Shown piece by piece: positions 30,199 to 40,464 of a stretch of DNA of 55,703 nt. Numbering within the stretch: position 1 is the first letter of the stretch; each line of letters begins with the position of its first letter. Origin of the DNA: a virus (Duplodnaviria > Caudoviricetes); IMG/VR virus record IMGVR_UViG_3300050014_000104, positions 1 through 55,703 of that record; one strand, written 5' to 3'. Position numbers and translations under genes: made by a program. The notes under the pieces were generated by a model that did no database searches, had not been told where the DNA came from, and saw nothing but the letters and a program-made list of their open reading frames with translations.

Positions 30199-30953
30199 TA
30201 CCGAAACGCATACACTTCATCTATGGTCTAAGTGAAAACTTTGCAGACATCCCGTTTGCTTATGTGCATTATCTCGCAATCCGCTCGGCAAAAGTGGTGA
30301 ACCCAGACTGTGAAGTTGTCATTCATTATTACTACGCCCCACAGAATGAATGGTGGGAGCGGAGCAAGCAGTTTGCAACGTTCGTTAAGTTTGCGTCCCC
30401 CCCGCCCGATACTATTCATGGAAAGGTAGTCCAGCATAATGCTCATAAAGCTGACTTATTAAGGGTTGAAATCCTATTGGCCGAGGGCGGAATCTATTTG
30501 GATATAGATACACTATGCATCAAGCCCTTCGCTCCACTTATGGACAAGCCGTATGTGATGGGAGTAGAGATATGGGAAGGGCAGATTACGGGATTGTGTA
30601 ATGCGGTAATATTCAGCGAAGCGGGGAATGAGTTTCTCAGAATGTGGTATAATGAATTCTCTGATTTTAGGCCAGACCATTGGAACTTCATGGCGTGTGT
30701 AAAGCCTTTCCATTTGTGCAGAAAATATCCAAAATTGATTTGGATTGAGCCGTCCGAATCTTTCTTTCGTCTTACGTGGTCTGATAAAGACCTTGACACT
30801 GCCCATAAAGAGGTCATTCCCTATACGAGGTCGTATTCCATGCATCTATGGGAATCGGCGTCCTACAAGAGATACTTAAAGCAAATAACGGAAGATGATG
30901 TTTTACACCGGGATTCAACTTTCAATCTGCTCGCTCGGAAGATACTCGTATGA
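30195..30953 (+). CDS. GT32-like DxD glycosyltransferase
   Basis: MIPKRIHF...KAD.LR...GGIYLDID...HLW. Confidence 0.9.
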   Translation: MIPKRIHFIYGLSENFADIPFAYVHYLAIRSAKVVNPDCEVVIHYYYAPQNEWWERSKQFATFVKFASPPPDTIHGKVVQHNAHKADLLRVEILLAEGGIYLDIDTLCIKPFAPLMDKPYVMGVEIWEGQITGLCNAVIFSEAGNEFLRMWYNEFSDFRPDHWNFMACVKPFHLCRKYPKLIWIEPSESFFRLTWSDKDLDTAHKEVIPYTRSYSMHLWESASYKRYLKQITEDDVLHRDSTFNLLARKILV

Positions 30954-31600
30954 AGCATGTTCTAAACGAGTATTTTGACCGTATCTATTGTGTGACAGTG
31001 CATTCATTTCATGATAGGCATGAACTGTCCAAGAAACAGTTGGGGGGGATTGATTTCGAGTGGATAGTAAGCCCCCCGCCCGAGGTTTTTCATCCCAAAC
31101 CTCCGATTAGTCTGTCTGAAATCTCTTGCATAATGGGGCAGATGTTATGTTTATGGAACGCCAAACTTCATGGATACAAGCGGGTAGCAATATGGGCCGA
31201 TGACGGGGTGATGACTGCAACCGAAGAAGAAATACGAACGTTTTTGTACTCTGTTCCACAGAACTGGGATTGCCTATACATGGGTAATGCCGACTGGACG
31301 GATACCTTCTGGAAACCTATTCTGGTTCCCCACACCGAGGGCATCAACAAAGTTTTGAATGCCAACGGCAACGCCTTTATGGGGGTTCAATCACATGTGT
31401 TTGATGCGTTGATTAGAATGGGAATGCAAATGGATAGAGCCGTTGATTTCAAATATGCCAATATTCTCGGTAGAGGAAACTCGTATGGGCCATCAAAAAG
31501 ATACTTTTGTGAGACCATTTCCATCCCTCACGAGAAGGTTCGACATTTGGTCCCTAATTTAGATAAGTACATCCCCTCCCACATTTCTCATACGGTATAA
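30950..31600 (+). CDS. GT25-like glycosyltransferase (divergent)
   Basis: FDRIYC...WADD...PQNWDCLYMG. Confidence 0.65.
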   Translation: MKHVLNEYFDRIYCVTVHSFHDRHELSKKQLGGIDFEWIVSPPPEVFHPKPPISLSEISCIMGQMLCLWNAKLHGYKRVAIWADDGVMTATEEEIRTFLYSVPQNWDCLYMGNADWTDTFWKPILVPHTEGINKVLNANGNAFMGVQSHVFDALIRMGMQMDRAVDFKYANILGRGNSYGPSKRYFCETISIPHEKVRHLVPNLDKYIPSHISHTV

Positions 31601-31642
31601 ATAGGTAGGCATTTCCCTCCCGGAAGCGATATTTATACACAT

Positions 31643-33220
31643 ATGAATGACTACAAGGACCATATCCGACGTTCGTTGGGGCTGACGGAGGCTCAATTTA
31701 TTCCAGCATCTCAATTAGCCAATGCGGCACGCAAGGAGCGTGGAGAGCATCCTCAACTATCTGCGGATGATGCCGAACTCATAGCCAAGCAACATCTTGA
31801 CAAGGGAGAGACGAAAGAACAGCTTTCTCCTACGGCTAGACCTACTCCTATCATTGCATTAGGCATTCGAGGAAGTTCTAGTGGTGGATTGCCATCGGGT
31901 GTTGACCAAGGACGGCAAGACATTAGTCCAAGCAAGGTCGGTGGGTACGACCGAGTAACCCCCCAGAATTTGAATAGCAAATTGGTTGACAAAACGCCAT
32001 CCAACCCAGACATCAAACAAGCAACCGCCCCTATCATCAACAACCCCCAAACCAAAGAAACAGTCACCCATCCACACCAGATTCAAGTTACGGCTCATGA
32101 AATGCCACAGGCTGCAACTGGTGCATCTACGGATAGCGACCCAACTCTTAAGTTGAAATCGGCAGTTCCAAAGGGAATTGATATTGACATTTCTGACAGA
32201 GGCGGTGCGGAATCTGATGAAGAAGTCAAAAACGAGGATAACAATACCGCTATGATACCATCTACTTCCCTATCTGAAACATTTGAGCGCAACAAGCAAT
32301 TGATGCGTGAAAAGCTTGGTTTGGCTAAGGAGTGTGCTACTTGTGGCTGCGGAGACCCCACCAAGGTTCATGACGAAGAAGAGGATGAAGGTCTCGATGA
32401 AGACAAGAAGCCTCGTGTTTGTTTCCATTGCAAGAAGCCCCATCCCTGCGACTGCGACAAAAAGGATGAGGATGATGCCAAGCTTCAACGCAATAACCCT
32501 GCGGAATACCGAAAGAAGTTTGGGATGAAAATTGACAAGCGAAGTGACGTGGACGAAATGGTTGAATGCTTGGGTTGCCATAACACGTTTAATTACAGGC
32601 TAGTCGTTGAGACTTCGATGGGAGCAGTCAAATGCCCAGCCTGTGACGCAATTCTTAACCAAGAAGGTATCGTGTTGGCAGAGGGTAAGCACAAGGCAGG
32701 TTGCCAGTGCGGCTTTTGTAAGAATATGGGTAGCTTCGGCAAGAAGAAAAAGGAAGTTGACGAAGGTGAAGATGAAGATAACCACGGCGACAATCCTGAG
32801 TTCAAAGAAAAACATGACAAGCAATGGCGTAAGGACCGTTCTGCTTCCAAGGCAGGTGATGACGTACGTGCAGAGTTTGATAAGGATAAGAAGGACAAGA
32901 TGGACGAACAGCAACGGCTTGACGAGAGCTATACGGTTCCATTCCAACGTATGCGTAGTCTCGCTGGCGTCGGCAACATGATTCTTACGTCCAACGGCCT
33001 CATGGAAAACAAGAACGACCCCGGGGCCAGTAAGCCATTCAACACGAATTGGAAGATGGATAAGGAAAAGGCGGGTTTTGTCAAGATTGACGAGGAAAAG
33101 CTTAACAAAGTCAAGGCTTCGCTGGAACGCAAGTCCAAGCGGGGTACTCTTTCCGACAAAGAACTTGACCTTGCCAAGAAGCTTACCGAAGTCTTGAAGA
33201 GACGCCAATCCAAGGCATAA
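31643..33220 (+). CDS. charged low-complexity protein with Cys clusters, putative internal head protein
   Basis: TATTTAT upstream; E.GEHP...IAKQHL module; many LxE motifs. Confidence 0.55.
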   Translation: MNDYKDHIRRSLGLTEAQFIPASQLANAARKERGEHPQLSADDAELIAKQHLDKGETKEQLSPTARPTPIIALGIRGSSSGGLPSGVDQGRQDISPSKVGGYDRVTPQNLNSKLVDKTPSNPDIKQATAPIINNPQTKETVTHPHQIQVTAHEMPQAATGASTDSDPTLKLKSAVPKGIDIDISDRGGAESDEEVKNEDNNTAMIPSTSLSETFERNKQLMREKLGLAKECATCGCGDPTKVHDEEEDEGLDEDKKPRVCFHCKKPHPCDCDKKDEDDAKLQRNNPAEYRKKFGMKIDKRSDVDEMVECLGCHNTFNYRLVVETSMGAVKCPACDAILNQEGIVLAEGKHKAGCQCGFCKNMGSFGKKKKEVDEGEDEDNHGDNPEFKEKHDKQWRKDRSASKAGDDVRAEFDKDKKDKMDEQQRLDESYTVPFQRMRSLAGVGNMILTSNGLMENKNDPGASKPFNTNWKMDKEKAGFVKIDEEKLNKVKASLERKSKRGTLSDKELDLAKKLTEVLKRRQSKA

Positions 33221-33221
33221 T

Positions 33222-33704
33222 ATGGATGAGACGGGAAGCGGAAAGAATCTCACGACGCCTGAGTTCAAGAAGAAACTCGCTTCTTTGTTTGCGTACTTAA
33301 CGGAACACCTTCAACTTCAAGCTTCACCGTCTTCGTTGAAACTTATCAACAGCAAACGAAACTCAGATAACCCGTTTGGTCTTACTGGTCATTATGACCA
33401 TACAACTAAGCAAATTACTCTCTATATCACTGACCGGCATGATACGGATATTTTACGTTCATTCGCTCATGAAGTCATTCATCATTGGCAGAATGAACGT
33501 GGAGTGCTCCATCCCGAAAATAAAGGTGTGGCAGTTCAAGATAATAATGATGCCGCTCCTCATTACGCACAAAACAATCCGTGGCTCCGAAAGAGAGAAA
33601 TGGAAGCATATCTCTTTGGCAACATTCTCTTCCGAGATTGGCAAGACGAACAGAGAATGGGACCGCCTCCCCAACAGCCTTTCTTGCCTCAACCGTACGA
33701 TTAA
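33222..33704 (+). CDS. HExxH metallopeptidase-like protein
   Basis: DILRSFAHEVIHHWQ...E.EA. Confidence 0.7.
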   Translation: MDETGSGKNLTTPEFKKKLASLFAYLTEHLQLQASPSSLKLINSKRNSDNPFGLTGHYDHTTKQITLYITDRHDTDILRSFAHEVIHHWQNERGVLHPENKGVAVQDNNDAAPHYAQNNPWLRKREMEAYLFGNILFRDWQDEQRMGPPPQQPFLPQPYD

Positions 33705-33707
33705 CCT

Positions 33708-34121
33708 ATGGCCGAAGAATTCCCAACACTCCCCGGTTTTGATAACTTGCTCCAACAGCGCATAGCTCAAAAGAGTGCCCCACTACCCCCTCCGGGCACG
33801 GCTGACCCTTATAACCTGATGCTTCAACGTAAGAAGGGCGAAATCAAAGAGATTGACCCAGCTACTATACAGAAGTGGCCCGAGGAAGACGTGAAGGAAC
33901 TGGAAGACTATTGCAAGCGGAATGGTATTGTGGGGTTTGCCTCTCGGATGAACCCTAAACTTGCTTTGATACAGTTAAAGCGTCAAGTGGGTGATTATAG
34001 CGGGGTTGCCTTGGAAGACCGTGTTCCCGAGGGATATGAGAAGGTTGGCACCCCTAACAAGTATGGGCCGAGTTACCCTTATTCTGCTGCTGTAGCAAAA
34101 AAACAGATTCTACATGGGTAA
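33708..34121 (+). CDS. hypothetical protein
   Basis: Operon spacing. Confidence 0.65.
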   Translation: MAEEFPTLPGFDNLLQQRIAQKSAPLPPPGTADPYNLMLQRKKGEIKEIDPATIQKWPEEDVKELEDYCKRNGIVGFASRMNPKLALIQLKRQVGDYSGVALEDRVPEGYEKVGTPNKYGPSYPYSAAVAKKQILHG

Positions 34122-34189
34122 GTAGATATTTATAAACATCATGAATTTACGAACCCGGAACAATTGAATTGATACCGTAAGGAAACAAT

Positions 34190-35392
34190 ATGAAAATGAA
34201 GAAATCCCAACTTAAGGAAGCTGTCAAGACAGTTGTCCGTGCATGTCTGAATGAACGTTGTGGCGGCGGTAAGGCCAGTCGGATGTTTAAGCATGTCGAG
34301 GACTCCGAAAAGGAGCAGGGCAAATCCGCTAAGGTCGCCAAGAAGATTGCGGGTGCCACAGTCAATAAGAAACTCAAAGAGGGTTCTGTACAAGTTGGGG
34401 CCAACGTCATGGCCGACGAGGTATCAACGGATGAGGGGATGGGGGCCGATAGCAAGCAGACTGCGATTGAAGATGTCATCAAGTTTGTTATTCAACGTGC
34501 TCCTGCCATTGCTCATGACGCTCATAAGATTGCCAAAGTTGCTGCTGAATTATTTGCACACCAGTCTGGTTGGGGAGCGCCCGACCCAGAGCATCTATTG
34601 CCGATTGTTCAGAAGCACATGACCAGTGGTTCATCGGACCAGCAAGCCGAATGTGGCGGAATGGAAGAAGCTGGTCTGACCAGTGAGACCGGTGGAGAAG
34701 GCTATGATGAAAAGGAAGAAATCATGCTTATCAAGGTAATGGCTCTCATTGCTCAGAAGCTTGAAGCTATGCACGCTGGTCAGCCCGGGGCAGAAGAAGT
34801 GCCAACGGCGATTGGGGGAAATGGTGAGGAAGACCCCTCGGCCCCTCCGTTTGGCGGCGAAGAAGAGCCAGAAGAACCATCCGAAGAGCCATCAGCCCCT
34901 CCGTTTGGCGGCGGCGAAGAAGAGCCAGAAGAACCATCCGAACCAGAGGACGAGAAGCCTGAGAAGTCTGAAAAGCCCGAGAAGTCCGAAAAGCCTGAGA
35001 AGAAAAAGAAGGAGCCTCCCATCAAGGAAGTCTCTGCCAAGACTCAGACTCAAGGCTACAGAGTGGCTCCGAATCCGTCCACATTGACCCAGAGGACGGA
35101 TGATGAAAAACTCAAGCCCCGAGACCCACGCCTCACGGAGACAAGCCTCACCAAGGCTGGGAAAAAAGCCGTATCTTACAAGACTCAGGGAGCATCGTAC
35201 AAGGTTGCTCCAAATCCTTCCTGCCGAGTTAAGAACGACGACAAAGACCGCCGAGAGCCGGGAGACCCCGAATTGACTGAGACCGCCAAGGTCAAAGAGA
35301 ACCACAAGGTTCAAGTTCGCTCGTTTAAGGATGTCAACGACATGGATAACGACCCGAACAATGTGAGAGACCCAGAAGTCCCACAGGCATAA
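34190..35392 (+). CDS. acidic repeat protein, putative prohead core/internal protein
   Basis: MKKSQLKEAVK N-terminus, EEEPEE and EKPEKS repeats, LxE motifs. Confidence 0.6.
   Translation: MKMKKSQLKEAVKTVVRACLNERCGGGKASRMFKHVEDSEKEQGKSAKVAKKIAGATVNKKLKEGSVQVGANVMADEVSTDEGMGADSKQTAIEDVIKFVIQRAPAIAHDAHKIAKVAAELFAHQSGWGAPDPEHLLPIVQKHMTSGSSDQQAECGGMEEAGLTSETGGEGYDEKEEIMLIKVMALIAQKLEAMHAGQPGAEEVPTAIGGNGEEDPSAPPFGGEEEPEEPSEEPSAPPFGGGEEEPEEPSEPEDEKPEKSEKPEKSEKPEKKKKEPPIKEVSAKTQTQGYRVAPNPSTLTQRTDDEKLKPRDPRLTETSLTKAGKKAVSYKTQGASYKVAPNPSCRVKNDDKDRREPGDPELTETAKVKENHKVQVRSFKDVNDMDNDPNNVRDPEVPQA
34835..35001 (+). repeat. in-frame tandem repeats
   Basis: Two ~51-54-nt copies (PSAPPFGG(G)EEEPEEPSE) followed by EKPEKS repeats. 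Confidence 0.85.
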
Positions 35393-35481
35393 GCGATTAA
35401 AATAAGTTGCTAAAAATACGATTTTACGCCATACTACTTGGCGTGATAATGTGTTATACAATACACACACAAAGGAAAACA

Positions 35482-35784
35482 ATGAGTACTATATTCTACG
35501 TCAGAGACAAAACCGTCAATCCTCCCAAGGAACAGATGTTCAAGTCATATCCCCAATTGGTCCAATATCTGGACCAAATGTGCCAGCGGGCCTATAAGCA
35601 AACCAAGGTTCAACGCACACAACTCCTCGAAGAACTTGGAAATGGGACTGATGACTACAATTCAACCCTATTCGTCCGTTCAATGCAAGAGCAATTTGAA
35701 ATTGGTGTCATTCGAGATGGTCGCAGAATGCAATGTGATGTCACCACAATGGTCGCATTTCAAAAACCAGAATACGGGGACTAA
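35482..35784 (+). CDS. hypothetical protein
   Basis: AAGGA upstream of the ATG. Confidence 0.65.
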   Translation: MSTIFYVRDKTVNPPKEQMFKSYPQLVQYLDQMCQRAYKQTKVQRTQLLEELGNGTDDYNSTLFVRSMQEQFEIGVIRDGRRMQCDVTTMVAFQKPEYGD

Positions 35785-35800
35785 GCATCCCTAAATAGTT

Positions 35801-37426
35801 ATGTTGGACATCTCTTGGAGTCCCCCTTATACCGTTAGAGAGGGATTCGCTACTAAATGGCGAAGGGAGTGGTGTATCCCGAAAGAGATGCTTGGAGGAT
35901 TCTTTGGGTTCTGGAAAGCTAATCGTTTCAAGATGTTAGCTGAGGGCTTCACTGTCACCAAGAGTGAAAAGACAGGCAAATGGTATCTAACTGAGACAAA
36001 GCCTACAGTAGCTCTCTTCAAGATTTTCAAGGACAAGCCTCCTAAGCCCGAGGACAAGTTTGCCCTGCCCTCCTACGCTATCAAAGACCCAAGCGGACTT
36101 CGTGTATGGCAGGTTGATGCTGCTGGAAAGTTATGTGCTGCCGTCAATCATTGGGGTGCCGCCATAGATGGCTCGGATACGGGCACTGGCAAGACCTATA
36201 CGGCGTGTGCTGTGGCTCGGGAGCTAGATTTGAACCTCTGCATTGTCTGCCCCAAGGCGGTCATCAAGCCGTGGACCAAGGTCATTAAGAATCATTTCAA
36301 GATGGGGTCCAAACTGGTAGGGATTATCAACTATGAGAAACTTAGCCGTGGACGCAAAGATTCACCTATTGCTTCCTATATTCTTCATCGCCACAAAAAG
36401 AGACCGACTTTTGAATGGAAAATACCTAAAAGGACTCTCATCGTTTGGGACGAGTCTCAAAAGCTTAAGAACTGGAAGACCAAAAACTCCAAGACCTGTC
36501 AAGCGGCCATTAAGGCTGGGTTCCCAATGCTATTTTGCTCGGCGACGAATGCTACGAATCCACTCGAAATGCGGGCTGTGGGTCTGGCCCTCAAGATTTA
36601 CGAGGGTAGTCAATCCTACTATTCATGGGCTTACGAAAACGGGGTTTATAAGGGTAACTGGGGACTTGAGTTTAACAACGACCCTAAGATACTAAAGGTA
36701 CTCCACCATCAAATTTTCAACCAGCGGGGCGTCCGACTTCGCCGTGATGAAATTCCCAATTTTCCTCAGTGCGAAATCATTCCAGAAGTGTATAACATGG
36801 AAGAGGAAGACGCACTCAAGATTAACGAGGTCTATACGGATATGGAACGAGAGTTGGCTAAGTTGGCCAAGGCGTCTAAGTACGATGCTATGGCCGAGGC
36901 GGTAGCTCAACTCCGTATGCGTCAGAAAGTCGAGTTGATAAAGGTGCCCCTCTTTGTGGATATGGCCGAAGAAGCCGTTGAAGAAGGCATGTCCGTGGTA
37001 ATCTTTGTCAATTTTACTGACACGCTTAACGCTATCGCTGCACGCATCAAGACTACTTGTATATTCGACGGTAAGACTGCCGACAATGTTCGGGATAGAA
37101 ACGTCGAATTGTTCCAAGAGGACAAAGAAAGAGTTATTTTAGTTAACATCCAATCTGGCGGTGCTGGATTGAGTTTACATGATTTGAACGGCAAGTTTCC
37201 TCGCATGAGTATCGTTTCTCCTACTTGGTCGCCAGTACTTATAAGACAGGCACTAGGACGTATTTGGAGAGACGATGCCAAAACTAAGTGTGTCCAGCGT
37301 ATTGTGTGTGTTGCCAATACCGTTGAGGAAGATGTCTGCCGCAATGTGCAACAGAAACTAAACAATCTGGACATGCTTAACGACGGAGATTTGGCGTACT
37401 CTAAAAATTACTCTGTGGATTTATGA
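35801..37426 (+). CDS. SF2 (SNF2/DEAD-like) helicase
   Basis: TGTGKT, CPK, DESQ, SAT, GGAGLSL and QALGRIWR motifs. Confidence 0.9.
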   Translation: MLDISWSPPYTVREGFATKWRREWCIPKEMLGGFFGFWKANRFKMLAEGFTVTKSEKTGKWYLTETKPTVALFKIFKDKPPKPEDKFALPSYAIKDPSGLRVWQVDAAGKLCAAVNHWGAAIDGSDTGTGKTYTACAVARELDLNLCIVCPKAVIKPWTKVIKNHFKMGSKLVGIINYEKLSRGRKDSPIASYILHRHKKRPTFEWKIPKRTLIVWDESQKLKNWKTKNSKTCQAAIKAGFPMLFCSATNATNPLEMRAVGLALKIYEGSQSYYSWAYENGVYKGNWGLEFNNDPKILKVLHHQIFNQRGVRLRRDEIPNFPQCEIIPEVYNMEEEDALKINEVYTDMERELAKLAKASKYDAMAEAVAQLRMRQKVELIKVPLFVDMAEEAVEEGMSVVIFVNFTDTLNAIAARIKTTCIFDGKTADNVRDRNVELFQEDKERVILVNIQSGGAGLSLHDLNGKFPRMSIVSPTWSPVLIRQALGRIWRDDAKTKCVQRIVCVANTVEEDVCRNVQQKLNNLDMLNDGDLAYSKNYSVDL

Positions 37427-38079
37427 AGGTAGTAGGAATATACAAGATAGTTAATCGAGTCAACGGAAAGTACTATGTGGGGTCTTCCAATAACATATGG
37501 AAGAGGGTGGAGTATCAACATAAAAAACAATTACGAGACGGAAATCATTGGAATACCCATCTCCAAAGTGCGTGGAATCAATATGGTGAGTTATCGTTTG
37601 ATTTTATTGTCGTAGAAAGTTTTCAGTCCCCAAAATCCTATGTAAAGATGTGGGAAGAGGAACAGAAATGGCTGGATGTAGCAAAAAAAGAACAGGATAA
37701 ATGCTATAACAAATCCTTTATTGCTGGCGGGGTAGATTTTACGCCCGAGGTAAGACATAAAATGAGTATTGCGTCAAAGCAATGGATAAAACAAAATGGG
37801 CATCCGTTATTAGGAACTCACCCGAGCCTCCAAACATTAAAACGGTTATCAATATCTCATCTCGGGAAAAAATTGTCGGAGTCGGCAAAGAAAAAAATAA
37901 GTGGAATTAACTCGGTGGCTCATCGTTTAGAAGTTAAAGAAGCAAAACGAAAATGGTGGAATGAATTACGAAACGACCCATTAAAATATGAGTTGTTTTG
38001 TAAATCCCGTGGACAGAAATCTGCTGTAGCCAGAAAAAGGAAACGATATGGAAAGAACTATGAAATCATCAGCGACTAA
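37423..38079 (+). CDS. GIY-YIG homing endonuclease
   Basis: GIYKIVNRVNGKYYVGSS...HLQSAWN.YG...EQ...YN. Confidence 0.9.
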   Translation: MKVVGIYKIVNRVNGKYYVGSSNNIWKRVEYQHKKQLRDGNHWNTHLQSAWNQYGELSFDFIVVESFQSPKSYVKMWEEEQKWLDVAKKEQDKCYNKSFIAGGVDFTPEVRHKMSIASKQWIKQNGHPLLGTHPSLQTLKRLSISHLGKKLSESAKKKISGINSVAHRLEVKEAKRKWWNELRNDPLKYELFCKSRGQKSAVARKRKRYGKNYEIISD

Positions 38080-38404
38080 GACAATAGTGGTGCAAATGAC
38101 CGCTGACAATGTGCAAGAGTTTGACATTGATACTGGCGTGTTTGACGACCCCTTTATGGAGGCTGCAACCCGTGCTGTCGAGAAGACTAAGACTCAAAGA
38201 CATGGTATTATACGTGCTGTGACAAACTGTTGGGAGAAGAGCAACCCTAAGAAATCGGCCATGTATAATTCCTATTGGATACTTGTCAATGCAGCCTGCT
38301 ATGGAAAGGCGGAACAATTGCGTGAGAAATTCAAGGCACAAACCGACTGCGACTTAGCGAAGGAACCTCAGTGTGGAAGAAAACCCGCCAAACGTAAGTC
38401 CTAA
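38048..38404 (+). CDS. hypothetical protein
   Basis: ORF overlapping the end of the endonuclease. Confidence 0.6.
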   Translation: MERTMKSSATKTIVVQMTADNVQEFDIDTGVFDDPFMEAATRAVEKTKTQRHGIIRAVTNCWEKSNPKKSAMYNSYWILVNAACYGKAEQLREKFKAQTDCDLAKEPQCGRKPAKRKS

Positions 38405-39110
38405 TTCTGGCTCTCTGTCGGATATTAACCTACATACAGCCACAGGCGATGAACGCCTGATGGGAGTGTTGTACAAAAAGATTGAAGACCTCGCCAAAGA
38501 GGTTCACGAACTCAAGACTCAGAAAATCATTGACGAGACTCAAATACCTCCCGAGTTATTAGAGCAAAATGGAATGCTTCCTCCCGACCCCACGACAGTT
38601 AAGAGAGGGCGTGGGTTCCGTCCCCTTCTTCGTTCTGAGATTGAAGCGGCCATCAAGGTGTCGCCCTTCTGTTCCGACCAAGCCAAGTATTTGGGTGTTG
38701 CTGTTAGCACTTATCGAAAGTATGCGAAACCTCTTGGATTATGGACTCCACAACCTCACCATAAAGGGTGCAAGAAAACGCCGTGGGGAGCCGAAAAAGG
38801 GAAGTATCCTTTATCCCGAATTCTCAAAGGAGAGTTTAATGGAAACAAACTGGTATCGGATTGGATGGTAAAGAAGAAAGTGCTTAAGGCAGGGGCTACT
38901 GAGGCATGTACCATCTGCGGATACAACAAAAAGCATTTGATAAACGGACGAGTCCCCCTCCTGTTGGACCATATGAATGGAGACCGCTATGATTTCAAGG
39001 CTGAGAACATACGCCTGCTATGCTGGAACTGTACTGTAGAGTGTGGGCGGGGGTATTTACGTCGTGGTATTCGTTTCTTTGACCCCGATTGGCGTACTGA
39101 TGGCAAGTAA
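38373..39110 (+). CDS. HTH plus HNH protein (start uncertain, possibly 38460)
   Basis: AKYLGV..STY HTH; CTICG...LDHMNGD...ENIRLLCWNC. Confidence 0.75.
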   Translation: MEENPPNVSPNSGSLSDINLHTATGDERLMGVLYKKIEDLAKEVHELKTQKIIDETQIPPELLEQNGMLPPDPTTVKRGRGFRPLLRSEIEAAIKVSPFCSDQAKYLGVAVSTYRKYAKPLGLWTPQPHHKGCKKTPWGAEKGKYPLSRILKGEFNGNKLVSDWMVKKKVLKAGATEACTICGYNKKHLINGRVPLLLDHMNGDRYDFKAENIRLLCWNCTVECGRGYLRRGIRFFDPDWRTDGK

Positions 39111-39112
39111 GG

Positions 39113-39595
39113 ATGATATTTATGGGTACTACTATGTTCAACCCAGTCCATATTTTGAATCAGATGGGCGTCATCACTTCTTTCTCTGTCGCAAAGAAGG
39201 TATCGGAAGATGATATACACAAATTCTTCTCTAAGGGAAAGAAGTCTGGAAAGTCAACAGAAGAACTTAATAACATCTTGAGAGATAGAGTCCTTGGTGA
39301 AATCGAAGAAGCGGTGACGCATCGTAAAATTCCCGGGCTTCTGTCCCCCGAAGAACTGGCGAAGGAGATGGGCGTGCAACAGAAAGTCATCAACAATATG
39401 CCAGAGATGAATAGGTTAATTATGATTGTGGGCCATAAGTTAGCCGAAAAGAAATATGATAAGATGTCGCTCTGTTATTTCATCAATAGTCTAGTGAACC
39501 TTTTGGGATTGACGGAACAAGATTTTGAAAAATTTCATCGGCAGAATAATGGAGACGATGATGGGGATGATGACGATACCTTTAAGGACGCATAA
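39113..39595 (+). CDS. hypothetical protein
   Basis: ORF with acidic tail. Confidence 0.65.
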   Translation: MIFMGTTMFNPVHILNQMGVITSFSVAKKVSEDDIHKFFSKGKKSGKSTEELNNILRDRVLGEIEEAVTHRKIPGLLSPEELAKEMGVQQKVINNMPEMNRLIMIVGHKLAEKKYDKMSLCYFINSLVNLLGLTEQDFEKFHRQNNGDDDGDDDDTFKDA

Positions 39596-39695
39596 GAAAT
39601 GAGTTATAAAAAGTTACACGTATTTCCCAAATAAAATTGCATTTTAGAAATTTCATTGATATTTATTCTTGGTATTACTGGATAAATTGTATCAT

Positions 39696-40460
39696 ATGAA
39701 ATCTATCGTAAAACAACTGAATTTATCAGATGAAGAGTTTAAGACAAAACTTAATTGCCTTTATGAAGGTGGTCAGTCACAACCTCAACTCGCAAAAACT
39801 TTTGGGTGCCATCTTGGCACAATAGAAGTTTATTTCAAAAAGTTTGGACTCATAACAAGGACGAGAAGTGAAAGTGCAAGAGTGGCAAAAGAAAGATGCA
39901 TTGTTTTGGTTGAACAAGAGAAAGAAATTTTGGATGGACTATTGTTATCGGATATGCATATAGAGAAGGGGATATTTCAGGGGCGACTCACTTTCGGAGT
40001 ATTGCATAAAGAATTTGCCAATTCAATAAGAGAGAATTTGAAAAATGCTATGTGGGGGAATCTTTATCCTTATAAACCAAAGAATTCTCCCAATATGAAT
40101 TTTTTCTGTAAATCGGTATTTAGCATTCAAATGTTTGATTTACATAACGTGTGGTATAGAAAAAAAACAAAAGTCGTACCTCTAGAATTAACCGCAATTT
40201 CTCCACTAACTTTGTATTGGTGGTATTTGGGAGATGGGTATGTTTGTAAAGATAGAATTCAGATAGCATTGTGTACGGATGCCTTCACAAAATCCGAGAA
40301 TGAAAGATTGTGCTCTATCCTTAATCAAACATACAATTTGAATTTGAGAGTAGATGCAAGAAACAGGATTTCCGCATATGGTAAGGATAATATACAACAA
40401 TTTCTCAGAGTCATTGGGGAGCCAAAAGTAAAATGTTATGAATACAAATGGAGAGTATAA
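39696..40460 (+). CDS. LAGLIDADG homing endonuclease
   Basis: ILDGLLLSD and LYWWYLGDG...LCTDAFT; AT-rich. Confidence 0.85.
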   Translation: MKSIVKQLNLSDEEFKTKLNCLYEGGQSQPQLAKTFGCHLGTIEVYFKKFGLITRTRSESARVAKERCIVLVEQEKEILDGLLLSDMHIEKGIFQGRLTFGVLHKEFANSIRENLKNAMWGNLYPYKPKNSPNMNFFCKSVFSIQMFDLHNVWYRKKTKVVPLELTAISPLTLYWWYLGDGYVCKDRIQIALCTDAFTKSENERLCSILNQTYNLNLRVDARNRISAYGKDNIQQFLRVIGEPKVKCYEYKWRV

Positions 40461-40464
40461 TGTT

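Noticed and set aside
34835-35001. Possible CRISPR-like repeats
   Set aside because: In-frame coding repeats without unique spacers. No array is seen anywhere in the window.
35426-35444. Inverted repeat ACGCCA-N7-TGGCGT in an intergenic promoter region
   Set aside because: Only 6 bp and a single occurrence; cannot be assigned as an operator or terminator.
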